Source: Callorhinchus milii (taxonomy: Eukaryota). From it: a stretch of 64,000 nucleotides of DNA. Every line of letters starts with the position of its first letter. Position 1 is the first letter of the stretch. The translations under genes and the position numbers were made by a program. The stretch covers positions 99,574,001-99,638,000 of the forward strand of contig NW_024704743.1 in the NCBI RefSeq assembly GCF_018977255.1, read 5' to 3'. The notes under the pieces are model-generated. The model was not told the DNA's origin. It was given only the letters and a program-made list of their open reading frames with translations, and did no database searches. Shown here one piece after another: positions 1 to 12,060 of the stretch.

Positions 1-444
1 CGCTGTGGCTTCTTGTGTCACAGAGCACGCACATAGTTAAGAGGCAGGAACAAAATAAAGAACACAGACTAAGCCACGACAACAACAAGATTCCATTTTT
101 AAAGCACTGAGTCCTCCCACTGAGTCCTCCCAAATGAGGATAAATAAAGATGAAATGTCTGTCTGTGGTTCTGCCTGTGTGCCAATCTACATGTGTGTCC
201 ATTTTGGATCCTTTGGTTGCAAGTGTAGCTGCTATGGGTACAGCTAGTACAATACAACACAATATATAATACAATATAATCTGTGTAGTGCTTTGAGATG
301 TCTCAATGATGTAATAAGGTGCTATATCAAATACAAGGATTATTAAAATGTATCTGGGGATTGTTGGCCAAGAGATATATCCTTCTCTTTGTAAATTGGG
401 CCATGGGATCTTTAACGTCCAGACAAATGGGACCTCGGTTTAAT

Positions 445-735
445 TGGGACTTCGAACTTGCATAGTCTAGACTGACACTCTAGTGCAGTGTTGGTGGTGT
501 GCTGCATTGTCAGCAGTGTCGTCCTTCTGATAAGAAGTTAAAGTGAGTTACCGCCATGCCCTGACAAATATTCCCCCAGATAAAATTGATCACTTTACAG
601 CTGTTTGTGGGACGGTGTTGTGTGCACAATTGTCTGTCACATTTGCCCACAAGATACAATCACTACTCTTTAGAGTAAAATCCTATGAAGCTTTTTGAGA
701 CATCCTCCTGATGTGACAGGAGGTACATTATTATG
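445..735 (+). mobile_element. Deu-domain SINE, decayed
   Basis: gtgctgcattgtcagcagtgtcgtccttctgataagaagttaaag (Deu-domain-like), followed by the gtttgtgggac...gcacaattg tail shared with other copies in the window. Confidence 0.7.
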
Positions 736-1054
736 TATTAAATTATGTATTAAAAACACTTACTTTGTTCATGTGTTGAGAGCACCATTTCACATAGTGT
801 TGTATGACCTCGAGGAAATTCGTTCATCAGGCTATAAAGAGAATGTTAATGAATATTCCTTTTGACTCACAGATTCTGTAATATGATATTAAAAACCAAC
901 TGCTGCTAGGTCATATTGACTTTATTCCATTGGCATAAGTTAAATATAGTCCAAGTACATCTTACAACCTGAGTAGAGTACACTGTGCAAGTATTAGTAA
1001 ACTGTAGGGTATTCAATGAATTGAATTCTCTTTCTCTCTTCTCCCCGCACCCCC

Positions 1055-1242
1055 TAATAATAGTAATAATAATCCTTGCATTTGATATAGTGCCTTATCA
1101 CATCTTCAAGACATCTCAAAGCTTTTCGCAGAATATACTGTAAAGTGAATTATTATTATTATTATTATTATTATTAAAGTGAATTGACTGTATATTTTGT
1201 GGGCGAAATGCGGCAGCCAATTGTGCAGAACAATGTCCCAAA
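1055..1242 (-). mobile_element. tRNA-Ala-like SINE, 3' part
   Basis: aataatccttgcatttgatatag...gtgaattgactg...gcagccaattg is the reverse complement of the SINE tail. Confidence 0.85.
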
Positions 1243-2149
1243 TGATAATTTTACTCAACTAATATTAAATCTTTCGTCTATAACCTCTGTTGAAAATGTT
1301 TGAGTTGGGTTAGATACCTCTTATGTAGGAAGCTACACTTTGCGGATGAATTGCGGAAAATTCAGTTTTAATTTAGAAGCCTGTTTTCCACGGCACTTAA
1401 AATGAAGAGCTTCTTAATTAAGAATGTTCCACAATACTGCACCATGATAAATCTAAAGGCAAAATGGTGCTCCAGACTAACACCAAGTGAAATTTCAATG
1501 GTTTCTAGAAAGTCAGTATTTAAACTACCACCATCCAAACAGTCATCCCCAAACACAAAGGATCCACTATCAAGGAGGTTGGAGTTGGTAAATGATAATG
1601 ATCCCTTTTCAATCTGAACTTTTCCTCATACTGTTCCTCTACTAGATCACCATAATTCATCTTTGGCTTATGAGTCACCTGTTCCTCTGTGCCTGGATTT
1701 ATTTCTCCTTATGTTTCTCTTCAGAAGGAGCACTGTCTTCAGTTATCCCAAGCAAGGACATTGCCTGAAATAGCACAAAACCAGCTGGAGCCACTGTGCA
1801 CATTCTAAACCATTTTTTAAAATTAAACTTAATTTTAGCATTGATGCAAACCTCCAGTTATATTTTTAAACATTACATTTAATACTCATTTAATTGGATG
1901 TAACCCACACTCCTCTCTCTTTAATAAATACTATAATACTATATCTAAAAGTACAAGAGACATTTTCAAATCCCATTGACAATGGGCAGAAAATTGAGGG
2001 TGAGATAAGCCAAACCCAATTTTTTTTAAAGAAACTCTTATTTAATTGGGGAAGAATACTGATGTCTAGAAAATAGCCAGATTGTATAATCCACTGTACA
2101 ATATAACTGCCATTTATATAGCTGTTTTCACATTGGGAGAATAACAATA

Positions 2150-2450
2150 ATAATAACATCATTTATATAGCGCTCTTCACAAATGGTAGAGCCTTGGAGC
2201 ACTTAACACTGCTGGCTGAGCACCTGAACTCAGGAGATGGGGTGGGGGAATGGGAAAGGAAAAGATGTTGATGAAAGTGTAGTCAATGAGGTATGTCTTG
2301 AGACAGGCCTTCAACACGGCCAGGGAGAGAGAGAGCGAGCCAGCAGGTGGAATGGCTGAAAACCCAACGACTGATGGTGGGGTGGATGTGAGGAGGTACA
2401 TGAAGCAGGCCAGTGTTCACTGAGTGCAGGGAGCAGCGAGGAGGGTGAAG
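2150..2450 (-). mobile_element. L2 LINE 3' end, old
   Basis: atttatatagcgct tail plus gtcttgagacaggcc, similar to the 3' UTR of younger L2 copies. Confidence 0.6.
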
Positions 2451-3834
2451 GAAAGAAAATTAATCATACAATGGGGTAATTATCACCGGTGATAATTATC
2501 ACATCACACACCATAATTTCTTTCCCCGTGGAATGATATCCTCAAAACAAATTTTGATTTATTACCCAGACCTGGTCTTCCTTTCCAAACCCTGTGCCAA
2601 TTTTGTTTATCGCTGTTTGTCCTGAGAAATGGTCCTCAATTTCCTCTTGTAATAGGTTTCAGTATTTTCTTCCATTATTATTCTTAATCTCACTGTGTCT
2701 GCAATTCCCATGCTTCTGTCTCTGCTGGTAATAAATTCAGGCACTTTCTTTTTTCAGCACACACCAGTCACAGGGAAACACTACTGCAACCATACACCAT
2801 CAACAATGAGCACTGAATACAAAAGCAAGATAACTGCACCACTCTCCATGCTATAGCAAACATTCTGATTTGGGAGAAAATATTGTCCTTTGCTGAATTT
2901 TACTCCAGAAGTTGCTGCTTAGATAAATTGGATATTGGAATCTTACTGCAAATACCAGTACTGCACCAGACAAGACAGAGACCACTTACACAATGTATTT
3001 GTAAAAAAAACATATTTGTCTACAAATATAGTCACTAGGTTTTACAGTAAATCATGGGAAGTGCTTTCAAATGTTTTGACGATGTGATATGGTGCTACAT
3101 CAAATGCAAGAATTGTTACTATTATTACATTTGTATAATAGTAATGCATTTAGTACAGTACCTTTTACGTCAGAAAGTGCTTCACAGAATATATTGAAAT
3201 GTGGAGTGATTCTGTGTTTTGTGGGTGATCTGAACTATCTGAACCTCAAATCTGAACTAAAAGATATGTTTTAATATTTTCTTTTGGGCATGAAGTGCTT
3301 TTGTAGGCAAACATGGAAGCCATTTTCTGCCCTGCACAATCCCACAAACAAGAGGATTGTTGATCTGGACATGGGGAAAACCCCCTTCTCTTCTTGAATA
3401 GTGTCATGATTTCTTTAAAGTAAGCAGGAATTCAGTTTTAATGTCTTATCAAAAGGAGACATCTTGGAAAATGTGACATTATACCACAGGAGTATGTATG
3501 AGTCTGGCTTGAATTTCTTTGGGGCTTCTAATGCACTTTAAGAATATTTATTAAAATCTGAATGTCTCAAACCATCTTTAATATCTACTATTATTCTTTA
3601 AACATACATCTCTCCTACCAAACAGATATTAGAAACCAGTCAAGAACATTTATGATTTTAAACTGTAAATAATTAGCAACCGATGGCTCTACATTTGTAT
3701 TAAAGAGTTAATTGTATTTTTGAAATAAGGATATTAAATTTTTCACAGTCAGCGTCAGAAAAAATCTTTACCTATGCCAAGCATGATAATGAGATTCCAT
3801 TTTATCAAAAAGTCTGGGTGGTTGGCTGCCCGTA

Positions 3835-3970
3835 TAGCTCTGGGACATGAGTTTGAATCTAACCCAGACAGATGCAATGACTGCCTCATCCTCTGACAGC
3901 TGTTACAAGGGTTTGAAGTAAAATATGCTAAGATAGTCTGAACGTGGGTCCCTGTGGATATTAGTAAACA
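3835..3970 (+). mobile_element. possible LF-SINE-like fragment
   Basis: ctctgggacatgagtttgaatctaacccagac resembles a tRNA B-box head followed by an LF-SINE-like body; heavily decayed, recognised from memory. Confidence 0.3.
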
Positions 3971-4189
3971 ACAAAAATAAAATGGAGTATCAAAAAATAG
4001 TCAGAAAGAGAAAAAAATGCAATTAAGGATAATCATTAAAGGAGTCTGCTGAACCTGTGGGACCAAGGTGGCAAATGTAATGAACCCCTCTCTAAAGTGA
4101 TTCAATTAAGTTCTTCCTTTGTAATAAGCTCTCATTTTACATGCTTATACATTGCAATCTCTTCTTCGTCCAAGTAATAATATAATACT

Positions 4190-4470
4190 GTATTAACAAT
4201 CCTTGCATTTGATATAGTACCTTATCACGTTGTGAGACTTCTCAGAGCGCTACACAAGACTACGTTGAATTGTAGAGACTATGTATTTGTAGATGAATGC
4301 TGCAGCCAATGTGGCAATAACAATGTCCCACAAACAGACATGAAGTAAATTATCAATTATGGCTGGGAGATTGTGACACAGGAAACCGTGACAAACTCTC
4401 TTCTCATTTCAAACAGTAATGCAATCTTTAACATCCACTCAAACAAGTAGACAAGGCCTTGTTTTAACGT
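4190..4470 (-). mobile_element. Deu-domain SINE, decayed
   Basis: tail ccttgcatttgatatag plus aatgtcccacaaac and atctttaacatccac. Confidence 0.65.
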
Positions 4471-4479
4471 CTTTCAACC

Positions 4480-4700
4480 ACTATGCCCTGAAACTCTGTA
4501 ACACTCTTCCTATATCCTTCCGCTTTTCTCCTTCCTTCCCCATCTTTAGGTCGCACCTGAAGACCTTCCTATTCGACTGTGCCTTAAAGTCACCTCCCGC
4601 TTTTTCCAGCTCGGCGGTCTGATCATACCACTGACAAGTGCTCTGGGATGCTACCTTGCATGAAGGGCACTATATAAATGCAAGTTGTAGTTGTTGTTGC
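4480..4700 (+). mobile_element. L2 LINE 3' end (second tail type)
   Basis: degraded 3' UTR ending aagtgctctgggatgctacc...gaagggcactatataaatgcaagttgtagttgttgttg. Confidence 0.65.
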
Positions 4701-4943
4701 CTCACTGAAGGATATATCTTTAGATTCAATAAATCTGCTTTCTGTATTTGTTATTCCGAAGACACTAACCATATCAGAATTGGTTTAACATCTCCGCAGT
4801 CCACAGGAGAGCATGATAACTGGAATATTTGTGGATCTCAAGCACTAACTATATACCTTAGACACAATTATGTCACTCCACATGTGACATAACACTCTAC
4901 ATTGCTGTGTGCAAATTGGCTTCTGCAATTCTCCTACAAAAAG

Positions 4944-5270
4944 ATAATAATAATAATAATAACAATCCTTGCTTTTGATATAGCGCTTTTCATATCAGCA
5001 GGACGTCCCAAAGCGCTTCACAGAACACACTGTAAAGTGAATTGACAGTATATTTGTGGGCAAACGCAGCAGACAATTGCGCACAGCAATATCCCACAAA
5101 CAGTCGTAGATTGAAAATGACCAATTTATTATTGTTTTTGGTTTTTGGAGGGATTAATATTAGGCGTGTGGAGTAAGGAAACTTGCCCAAGGTTTCGCCC
5201 TGCCTGGAATTGATCTCAGGTCTCTCACTTGCAAAACGAGTGCTCTAACCACTGAGCTACAGGACTCCAC
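4944..5270 (-). mobile_element. tRNA-Ala-like SINE, full-length short form
   Basis: reverse complement of GTGGAGTCCTGTAGCTCAGTGGTTAGAGC head (A/B boxes) through to (ATT)n tail; nested in an older SINE tail. Confidence 0.95.
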
Positions 5271-5319
5271 GATAGTCACTATACGATGCTATACTTTACA
5301 GGAAATGCTGTTATTATAT

Positions 5320-5605
5320 GCACTGTTTGAGGTGCTATTTGTTGGATGAGACATTAAACCAAGGTTTTGTCTGCCTGTTCAAGTGGACATTAAAGATCCC
5401 TTGGCACTACTTGAAAAGGGAAGGGAGTTTCTCTCAATGTACTGGCCAACAATTTCTCAAATAAACATGACTGTCTGTGGGACATTGCTGTGAAAAAATA
5501 GGCTGCCACACTTCACAGTAAATCTTGTAAAGTAAAATACAGTATTGGTATTTGTGACATCCCCTAATGTGAAAGGCACTATGCCAAATTAAAGGATTAT
5601 TATTA
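5320..5605 (+). mobile_element. Deu-domain SINE
   Basis: ggatgagacattaaaccaagg...gtggacattaaagatcccttggcactacttgaaaaggg Deu core and tail. Confidence 0.8.
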
Positions 5606-5661
5606 GCAGTAGTTATAATAGTAATAGTTTAAAAGAGGCATCTGACAAGAGATCAGATCGG

Positions 5662-5712
5662 TTAGTGCAGGATTTCAACAAATTAGTGTGGGATTTCAGT
5701 GAATTAGTGCAG
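5662..5712. repeat. 21-bp tandem repeat, about 2.5 units
   Basis: ttagtgcaggatttcaacaaa / ttagtgtgggatttcagtgaa / ttagtgcag. Confidence 0.7.
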
Positions 5713-6039
5713 GTCAGAATCTGGTTACAAATTCTGCATATTAGACCCTAAGATTGGCAGAAAGCGAGATGTAAATCTCTACTCACCTCAATTCTTTAAT
5801 GAGTATTGCTCGGAGGGTTAGTTGTGTCATTGGAATGTGGTACAGAATGAATACTACTGCCCCTATCCCACATTATAGATCATAATTCATATTATTATAG
5901 TTGCTTATCATATCAAAATGTCTCAAATTGTTTCACAGATAGTTGCAATCAAGTGAAGTGATTGTTCTTGAAAGTAAGCACACATCTATTAGCACCAGCT
6001 AGACCCACAATAAGCAATTACATAAAATTACACTGTATC

Positions 6040-6680
6040 TATAACATTGAAACAAGCCATTCAACAAGCCAGGTAATCCATGCCGGTGCTTATACTACAC
6101 GTGAGCCTCCACCCATCCCAATCCTTTCTCCCTAGCCTCCTCTTTTTCTCTCATATGTGCAACACGTTTTCTCTTAAATACATTAAATGTTTTCTGCTTT
6201 ACCCTTTCTGCCCCAGTGTCTGACAGTGAGTTCCAAACTCCCACCACCCTCTGTGTAAAGAAGTTCTTCCTAAAGTCTCTTTTAGTAAATCTATTAGTGG
6301 CTATCTTATAATTATACCCCTTTGTTATGGACTTGCCAAACAAATGGAAACGATCTATATTCACATTATCACACTCCATCATTTTAACAATCTCTATCAG
6401 CTTTCCTTTAAAACAATAACTGTTTAGTGTTCTCTGATAGCTGTATTGTCTCATCCTGGCAAAATTCTAGTAAATTTACATTGCACTCTCTCCATTGCTA
6501 CAATATAATTCTTGCAGTATGGTGACCAGAACAGTACACAAATGTGGTCAAACCAAGGTTTTATACAAATTCAACATTGCCTTATTTTTGTGTTCTATGG
6601 CTTTGGATATAAAGGCCAGGACTCTGTTTCAATTCTTTATAGAACTTATCAATCACGAAGCTACTTTTACAGACTTATAA
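6040..6680 (-). mobile_element. CR1 LINE 3' fragment (ORF2 C-terminus)
   Basis: ORF 6095-6454 carries RKNFFTQRVVGVWNSL, typical of the CR1 ORF2 C-terminus. Confidence 0.85.
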
Positions 6681-6778
6681 GTCACCCAGTCTGGACGGAA
6701 TGCATCCTAGGTTACTGAGGGAAGTAAGGGTGAAAATAACTGAGGCTCTGGCAACAATCTTTAAATCCTCCTTGGACC
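6678..6778 (+). mobile_element. CR1 ORF2 fragment (region before RT core)
   Basis: translates KSPSLDGMHPRLLREVRVKITEALATIFKSSLD, matching the CR1 KSPGPDGxHPRxLKE motif. Confidence 0.75.
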
Positions 6779-7293
6779 ACTGAATCAGGGAGTTTACTGC
6801 CCAGAACAATGGACATTGCTGCCTGTGTGTGAAAAAAACAATCAATGAGTTTATAAAACCGATGTGGATTTAAATAAAAGGGGAATGCTCAATTTTATTT
6901 TGAAAAGGAACAAGCTAAAATAAATAGTTAATTTGTACATGCTGGTCTTGTCACTCCTCTAGCCATGTGATATTTTATTTTATCTAGCAGGGTAAGGGTT
7001 TAACAGTCCAAAGACTTTCAGGCAAATGTAAAGCAAGTGTGTTTGATTCCTCATCTCACAAGTTCCTTATCTTTCTGCAGTACATCAGACTTTCAATACA
7101 TTAGAAATATGAAAACGCTAATATATTTTTGGTGTACCACCACACAACCACATCCAGTAAACACAATTGGAGGCTAAGGAATGATTCACTGAGACCAGAC
7201 ATGTCATTTATCTCTTTAGGGTAATGTTTTCTCAAGAATGAATAGGGATGAGATTGATTTGTTTTAACAATACAATCCATCACAACAGTTTAT

Positions 7294-7614
7294 GTGGAGT
7301 CCTGTAGCTCAGTGGTTAGAGCACTCGCTTTGCAAGCGAGAGACCTGAGTTCAATTCCAGGCAGGGCGAAACCTTGGGCAAGTTTCCTTACTCCACACTC
7401 CTAATAATAATCCCTCCAAAACCAAAAACAATAATAAATTGTTCATTTTCAATCTACGACTGTTTGTGGGACCTTGCTGTGCGCAATTGGCTGCCGCGTT
7501 CGCCCACAAATAACAGTCAATTCACTTTACAGTGTGTTCTGTGAAGCGCTTTGGGACATCCTCCCGACGTGAAAAGCGTTATATCAAATGCAAGGATTAT
7601 TATTATTTATTTAT
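7294..7614 (+). mobile_element. tRNA-Ala-like SINE, full-length short form
   Basis: A box TAGCTCAGTGG, B box GTTCAATTCC, anticodon arm CTCGC-TTTGCAA-GCGAG, L2-like stem-loop and (ATT)n tail. Confidence 0.95.
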
Positions 7615-8014
7615 AACGTGATAAGGATGCAAAAAGCAATTACTTGTGGGATGGTGGGAGGCACTGACAATGGTTACCTATCATTCCTGTAAGGTACATT
7701 TCATGACCAAAACTGGACCAATGGTAGAGAAAATGTGAAAAAAGTTCTATAGATTATACAGATATTGGAAAGTACCATGATTAAGAAAAATAATAATCCT
7801 TACTTTTGCTATAGGACCTGATCACATCGTCAGAATATCTCAAAGTGCTTCACAGGATCTTCTATAAAGTATACTGTAAATTTTGTTGGCGTTGGACTAC
7901 AAAATGCACAGTCACAACATTTTATGTCCCCCAATGCGAAAGTTACAATATCAAATGCAAGAATTATTGTTGTTATTTTCATAAATTGTAGGGACTATAT
8001 GGGCCCATATGACC

Positions 8015-8340
8015 ACCAGATTTGCACACGACAATGTCCAATAAACAGCCATGAAGGGGATGATCAATTTTATCTATGGCAATTGTTGGCAAAGATGCCA
8101 GAAGAAATTCCCTTCTCTTTTGAAAGGTTTCAATGGAACTTTAATATTTACCTGAACAGGCAATTGAGACCTCCATTTAATGTCTCATCAGAAGAACGGC
8201 ACTTTCAACAATGCAGTATTCTCCTGCACAGCATTGGAGAGTCAGCTAGACAATGAGTTCAAAGTCCCTATGTGAGGTTTGGGCGCACAACTATCTGGTT
8301 CTGAGGGGAAAGTGCTACCAACTGAATTGAGAGGCACATT
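8015..8340 (-). mobile_element. Deu-domain SINE
   Basis: tttaatgtctcatcagaagaacggcac (Deu core, reverse complement) and head gtgctaccaactga. Confidence 0.75.
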
Positions 8341-9851
8341 TCTTATTTATTACATTCAAGAGGTGAACATGTTGGAGACAACATCATTCTCTGTGAGGCC
8401 AGGTCTAAGGCTTTCGGCTTCTGGTTTGTGGATTACAGGTTTCCTATTACAGCATAAAAGAGTACCAGCTTTTTACTAAGCAACTCAAAGTAACCGGTGT
8501 CCTTCTAAGTGGGGATTGAAAGGCATATCTGGAATTGGAAATCCGATTTCACAGGATGGCTTCCTGGAAGTTACTATTGAAAGCTTCATGAGAGAGGAAG
8601 GAATGTAGGGGTCTGTCACTGGCATCTTCAGGTGATAAATATTGAATGCGGCACTAGATTTACCCTAATATCACAATATCCCAAAAATGTATTACCTGTC
8701 AACTTGAAATGCTTTGCAATCTACTCCCTGAACAAAAGTTAATTATTTATCTGCTCAGCCCATTAAACAACCGCAGCTTCCTTTATTCATTATTTAAATG
8801 AGTTGGATAATTAGCGTACATCTAATCAACATTCATCTAATTTTAATATTATGTAAACTCTCTGGTGCTACTCATAGCTGGGGAGGGCAACAGTGTGGGT
8901 GGCATGTCACTTTCAAGTAACACGAAATATTTGCAACACAATGATAGGTTTTGATGCATATTGTGTCACTGCATGAAGCATTTGATGAATACAATACAAG
9001 AAAGGTTTTTACTGCTGCTTTAGGTGTTGCTGCTGGTGAAACCAATTTAAAGAATTTCCTATGAGCTCTCATGTTAGTGCGTTATTCATAATGTGTGTTG
9101 TTGCAGTTTTAATATGTCAGAATGTGTTACAATGAGAATCCCTGAGAGAATGTTGATGCTACTATTCCTCTTAATTCATTTATAAGGAATGTTTCACCTT
9201 TTAGTATTATGAGGATAATTTTTGGAGTGTAACAATCTCTTTAAATCCAAATTTGTTCCTGATTTCTGGTTTGATTTTCAGCATATGGACTTTGGTCCTT
9301 TTATTGCTCCTGTTTATGTTTGCAGAATGTTTGCATCTCAGGATATTCTGCAATCTCAATCTACTGCAATATTTACATAATCAGGGTCTGATTCTGTTTC
9401 TTAGTGGAAGTGTTCAACTAGGAATAGGAATCAAGCAGATTGGGATGCCTTCTGTTAATTGAAATTGTGTCACTCTGGCCCATGGGAATGAGCTCTGCTC
9501 AGATTCCCAATGGGTTGGTAGATATTCCAGCAAGATCTATTCTTTTTAAGGATTTTGTGTATTCAGTTTCCTGATGTAGGCCATCACAACATAGTTGCAA
9601 CTCTAAATAAGGGAAATCAGGCAATCACTTGTCTTTAATTAAAACTCCTTATTTGGAGTTACAACTATGTTCCAACAGCTTACATTGGGTAACCAATGGT
9701 ATAACATTATGTTTTCCCACCAAACAGTAACCAGCTAATCAGCTGTGTGGCAACAGAGGTCAGTAGCAGTATATTGACGACAGCCGAGTCTTGATTAAGG
9801 AACAGTTTGTGCTATTTAAGTAATAGGAGCAAATGTGCGCCATTTCTTAAC

Positions 9852-11195
9852 CTAAGGAGGGGGCGAGGTGGACTGACTGGGAGATGGAATTCCAGAGGTT
9901 GGGGGCAGAGTGGCTGAAGGCTCTCCCGCCAATGGTGGGGCGGGTGGGTCGGCGGACGTGGAGAAGGCCAGAGCCGGCTAAGTGGAGGGAACGGGTGGTT
10001 TGGTAGAGGGTTAGGAGGTCGCAGAGGTAGGGTGGGTCGAGGCCATGGAGGGCTTTGTATGTGAGGACCAGGATCTTAACCTGGATCCTCTGAAGGATAG
10101 GGAGCCATTGGAGTCGGGGGAGATGGGGTCACAGAGTTTGGTGCGGGAGAGGACACGGGCTTTGTAGTTCTGGATTATCTGCAGCCTGTGGAAGGAGGAG
10201 TTGGGAAGGCCGACAAGCAGGGCATTTTCATAGTCGAGTCTAGAGGTGATGAAGGCATGAACAAGAGTTTCAGCGGTCTGAGGGGTGAGGTAGTGGCAGA
10301 GTCGGGCGATATTACGGAGGTGAGGGAAGGGAGAGCGGGTCATGGCTTGAATGTGGGGACGAAAAGACAGTTGAGGGTCGAACAAGACACCTAGGTTCCT
10401 GACTGGCTTGGTGAGTTGTAGTGTGCAACCATGGAGGTTGATGTTGACAGAGCCTGAGGTGCTGAGGCGGTGGCGTGAGCCAATCAGGAGGGCCTCAGTC
10501 TTGTTCACATTCAACTGTAAGACATTTGCCCTCATCCAGGATTTGATGTCTGACAGGCAGTCTGTCAGGACAGCAGTGGTCCTGGAGTTGAGGATGGAGG
10601 CAGAAAGATAGAGTTGGGTGTCATCCGCATACATGTGGAAGTTGACCCCATGTCTGTGGATGATGTCACCGAGGGGGAGCATGTAGGTATTAAAGAGGAG
10701 AGGGCCAAGGACAGAGCCCTGGGGGCCGCCAGATGTGACAGGGCGGGGGCTGTAGGAGAAACCATTAGAGGCAACGAAATGGAGATGGTGAGATGAGGTA
10801 GGAAGCGAGACAGGCAAGGGCAGGTCCTTGAAGATGGAGTAAAGCGGAGAGGCGGTGTATGAGGATGGAGTGGTCGACAGTGTCGAAGGCAGCAGAGAGG
10901 TCGAGGAGGACAAGGAGGCAGAGGGAGCCCTGATCATAGATGTTCAGAATGTCATTAGTGACTTTGACCAGGGCTGTTTCCATGCTGTGGAAGCCAGATT
11001 GGAGGGGTTCAAAGAGGGAATGGCGAGAGAGAAAGGAGCAGAGCTGGGACACCACGACTCATTCCAAGACCTAGGGGAGGAATGGGAGGTTAGAGATGGA
11101 GCGGTAGCTGGAGAGGAGGGATGGATCTAGGGAAGTTTTTTCAGGATGGGGATGATGACGACCGTTTTTAGGGGGGTGGGAACTGAACCGGTTGA
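9852..11195 (-). mobile_element. L2 LINE, RT region, frameshifted, lacking 3' tail
   Basis: ORFs 10765-11055 and 10011-10937 contain [48 protein letters not shown]. Confidence 0.95.
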
Positions 11196-11381
11196 CCGGT
11201 GATTATCAACCATAATTTTCAAAATTATTTTCATCATCAAAGAGCTTGCGCTGAAAACATATTAATACCAATCACCCCAGGAGAATGTAATTTCTCTGAA
11301 CCAATGGCAGGCTAAGAGTAAAGAGTAAAGAGGCTACGAGCTTTGGGGATAGCTGTAATATTTATATTTGTATTATGTTAT

Positions 11382-11452
11382 ATTTACAGTGTGTTCTGTG
11401 AAGTGCTTTGGGACGTCCTCCCGACGTGAAAAGCGCTATATCAAATGCAAGG

Positions 11453-11487
<35 letters not shown>
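11382..11487 (+). mobile_element. tRNA-Ala-like SINE, 5'-truncated tail
   Basis: gctttgggacgtcctcccgacgtgaaaagcgct stem-loop plus long (ATT)n. Confidence 0.9.
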
Positions 11488-11489
<2 letters not shown>

Positions 11490-11939
11490 TGGCAAGGCTT
11501 ATATTCTCAATGATTTGTGATTGACAAACACTATCAATTTTATCATAAACGGTAGTTCATTCGATAGAGTGACAATTGTGATATGAGATATGTTAATGTA
11601 CACTACTGGTAATGACCTTTGAAAAAAGGAACCAGTCAATGTATTAAACCATTGACTGATCCCTAGGTATGCTGGAAGGGGAACCCATTCCCTGCATGTC
11701 TAAAACCAATTACAGTGTCCGGAAACTGGCTGTGCAACACACTGAATTGCTAGCTGGTGGCATTGGACTCCTGATTAGCAGGATATGGCTTAAGCCTGAT
11801 TCAATATGTCAGTTAAATTGGTGTCACACTGTCAGTTCCAAATTAATACTGAATTGAAGAATATTCCACAACTCTGCACTATGTTAAAATTGAAGATAAA
11901 ATGGTCTTACAGGTTACAGACTAAATGAAATAACAGTCC

Positions 11940-12060
11940 ATTTTTGATTAGCTGTGTGCCTAACACATGTGGAAACCCCTCACCATGCTTAAGACTATCC
12001 AAACCAGACCGGAAGTTTCACTTATGCGTGTCCCTGTGTCTCGAATGGAATATGCACTTA
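11940..12060 (-). repeat. unclassified interspersed repeat, partial copy
   Basis: acacatgtggaaacccctcaccatgcttaagactatccaaacc is the reverse complement of the 3' part of 28057-28310. Confidence 0.65.

Noticed and set aside
105..131. short tandem duplications (also near 14031, 44185, 55903)
   Set aside because: Ordinary slippage or repair duplications
1318..1765. possible minus-strand exon (tttcAG...GAG|GTATCT)
   Set aside because: Stops in all three frames and a weak donor; no support beyond splice-like motifs
7298..7370. tRNA-Ala(TGC) gene
   Set aside because: It is the head of a multicopy SINE with fixed body and tail, a 1:72 mismatch and no G3:U70 pair; the same applies to the other copies
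10011..10937. 308-aa ORF as a host gene
   Set aside because: Frameshifted L2 reverse transcriptase remnant
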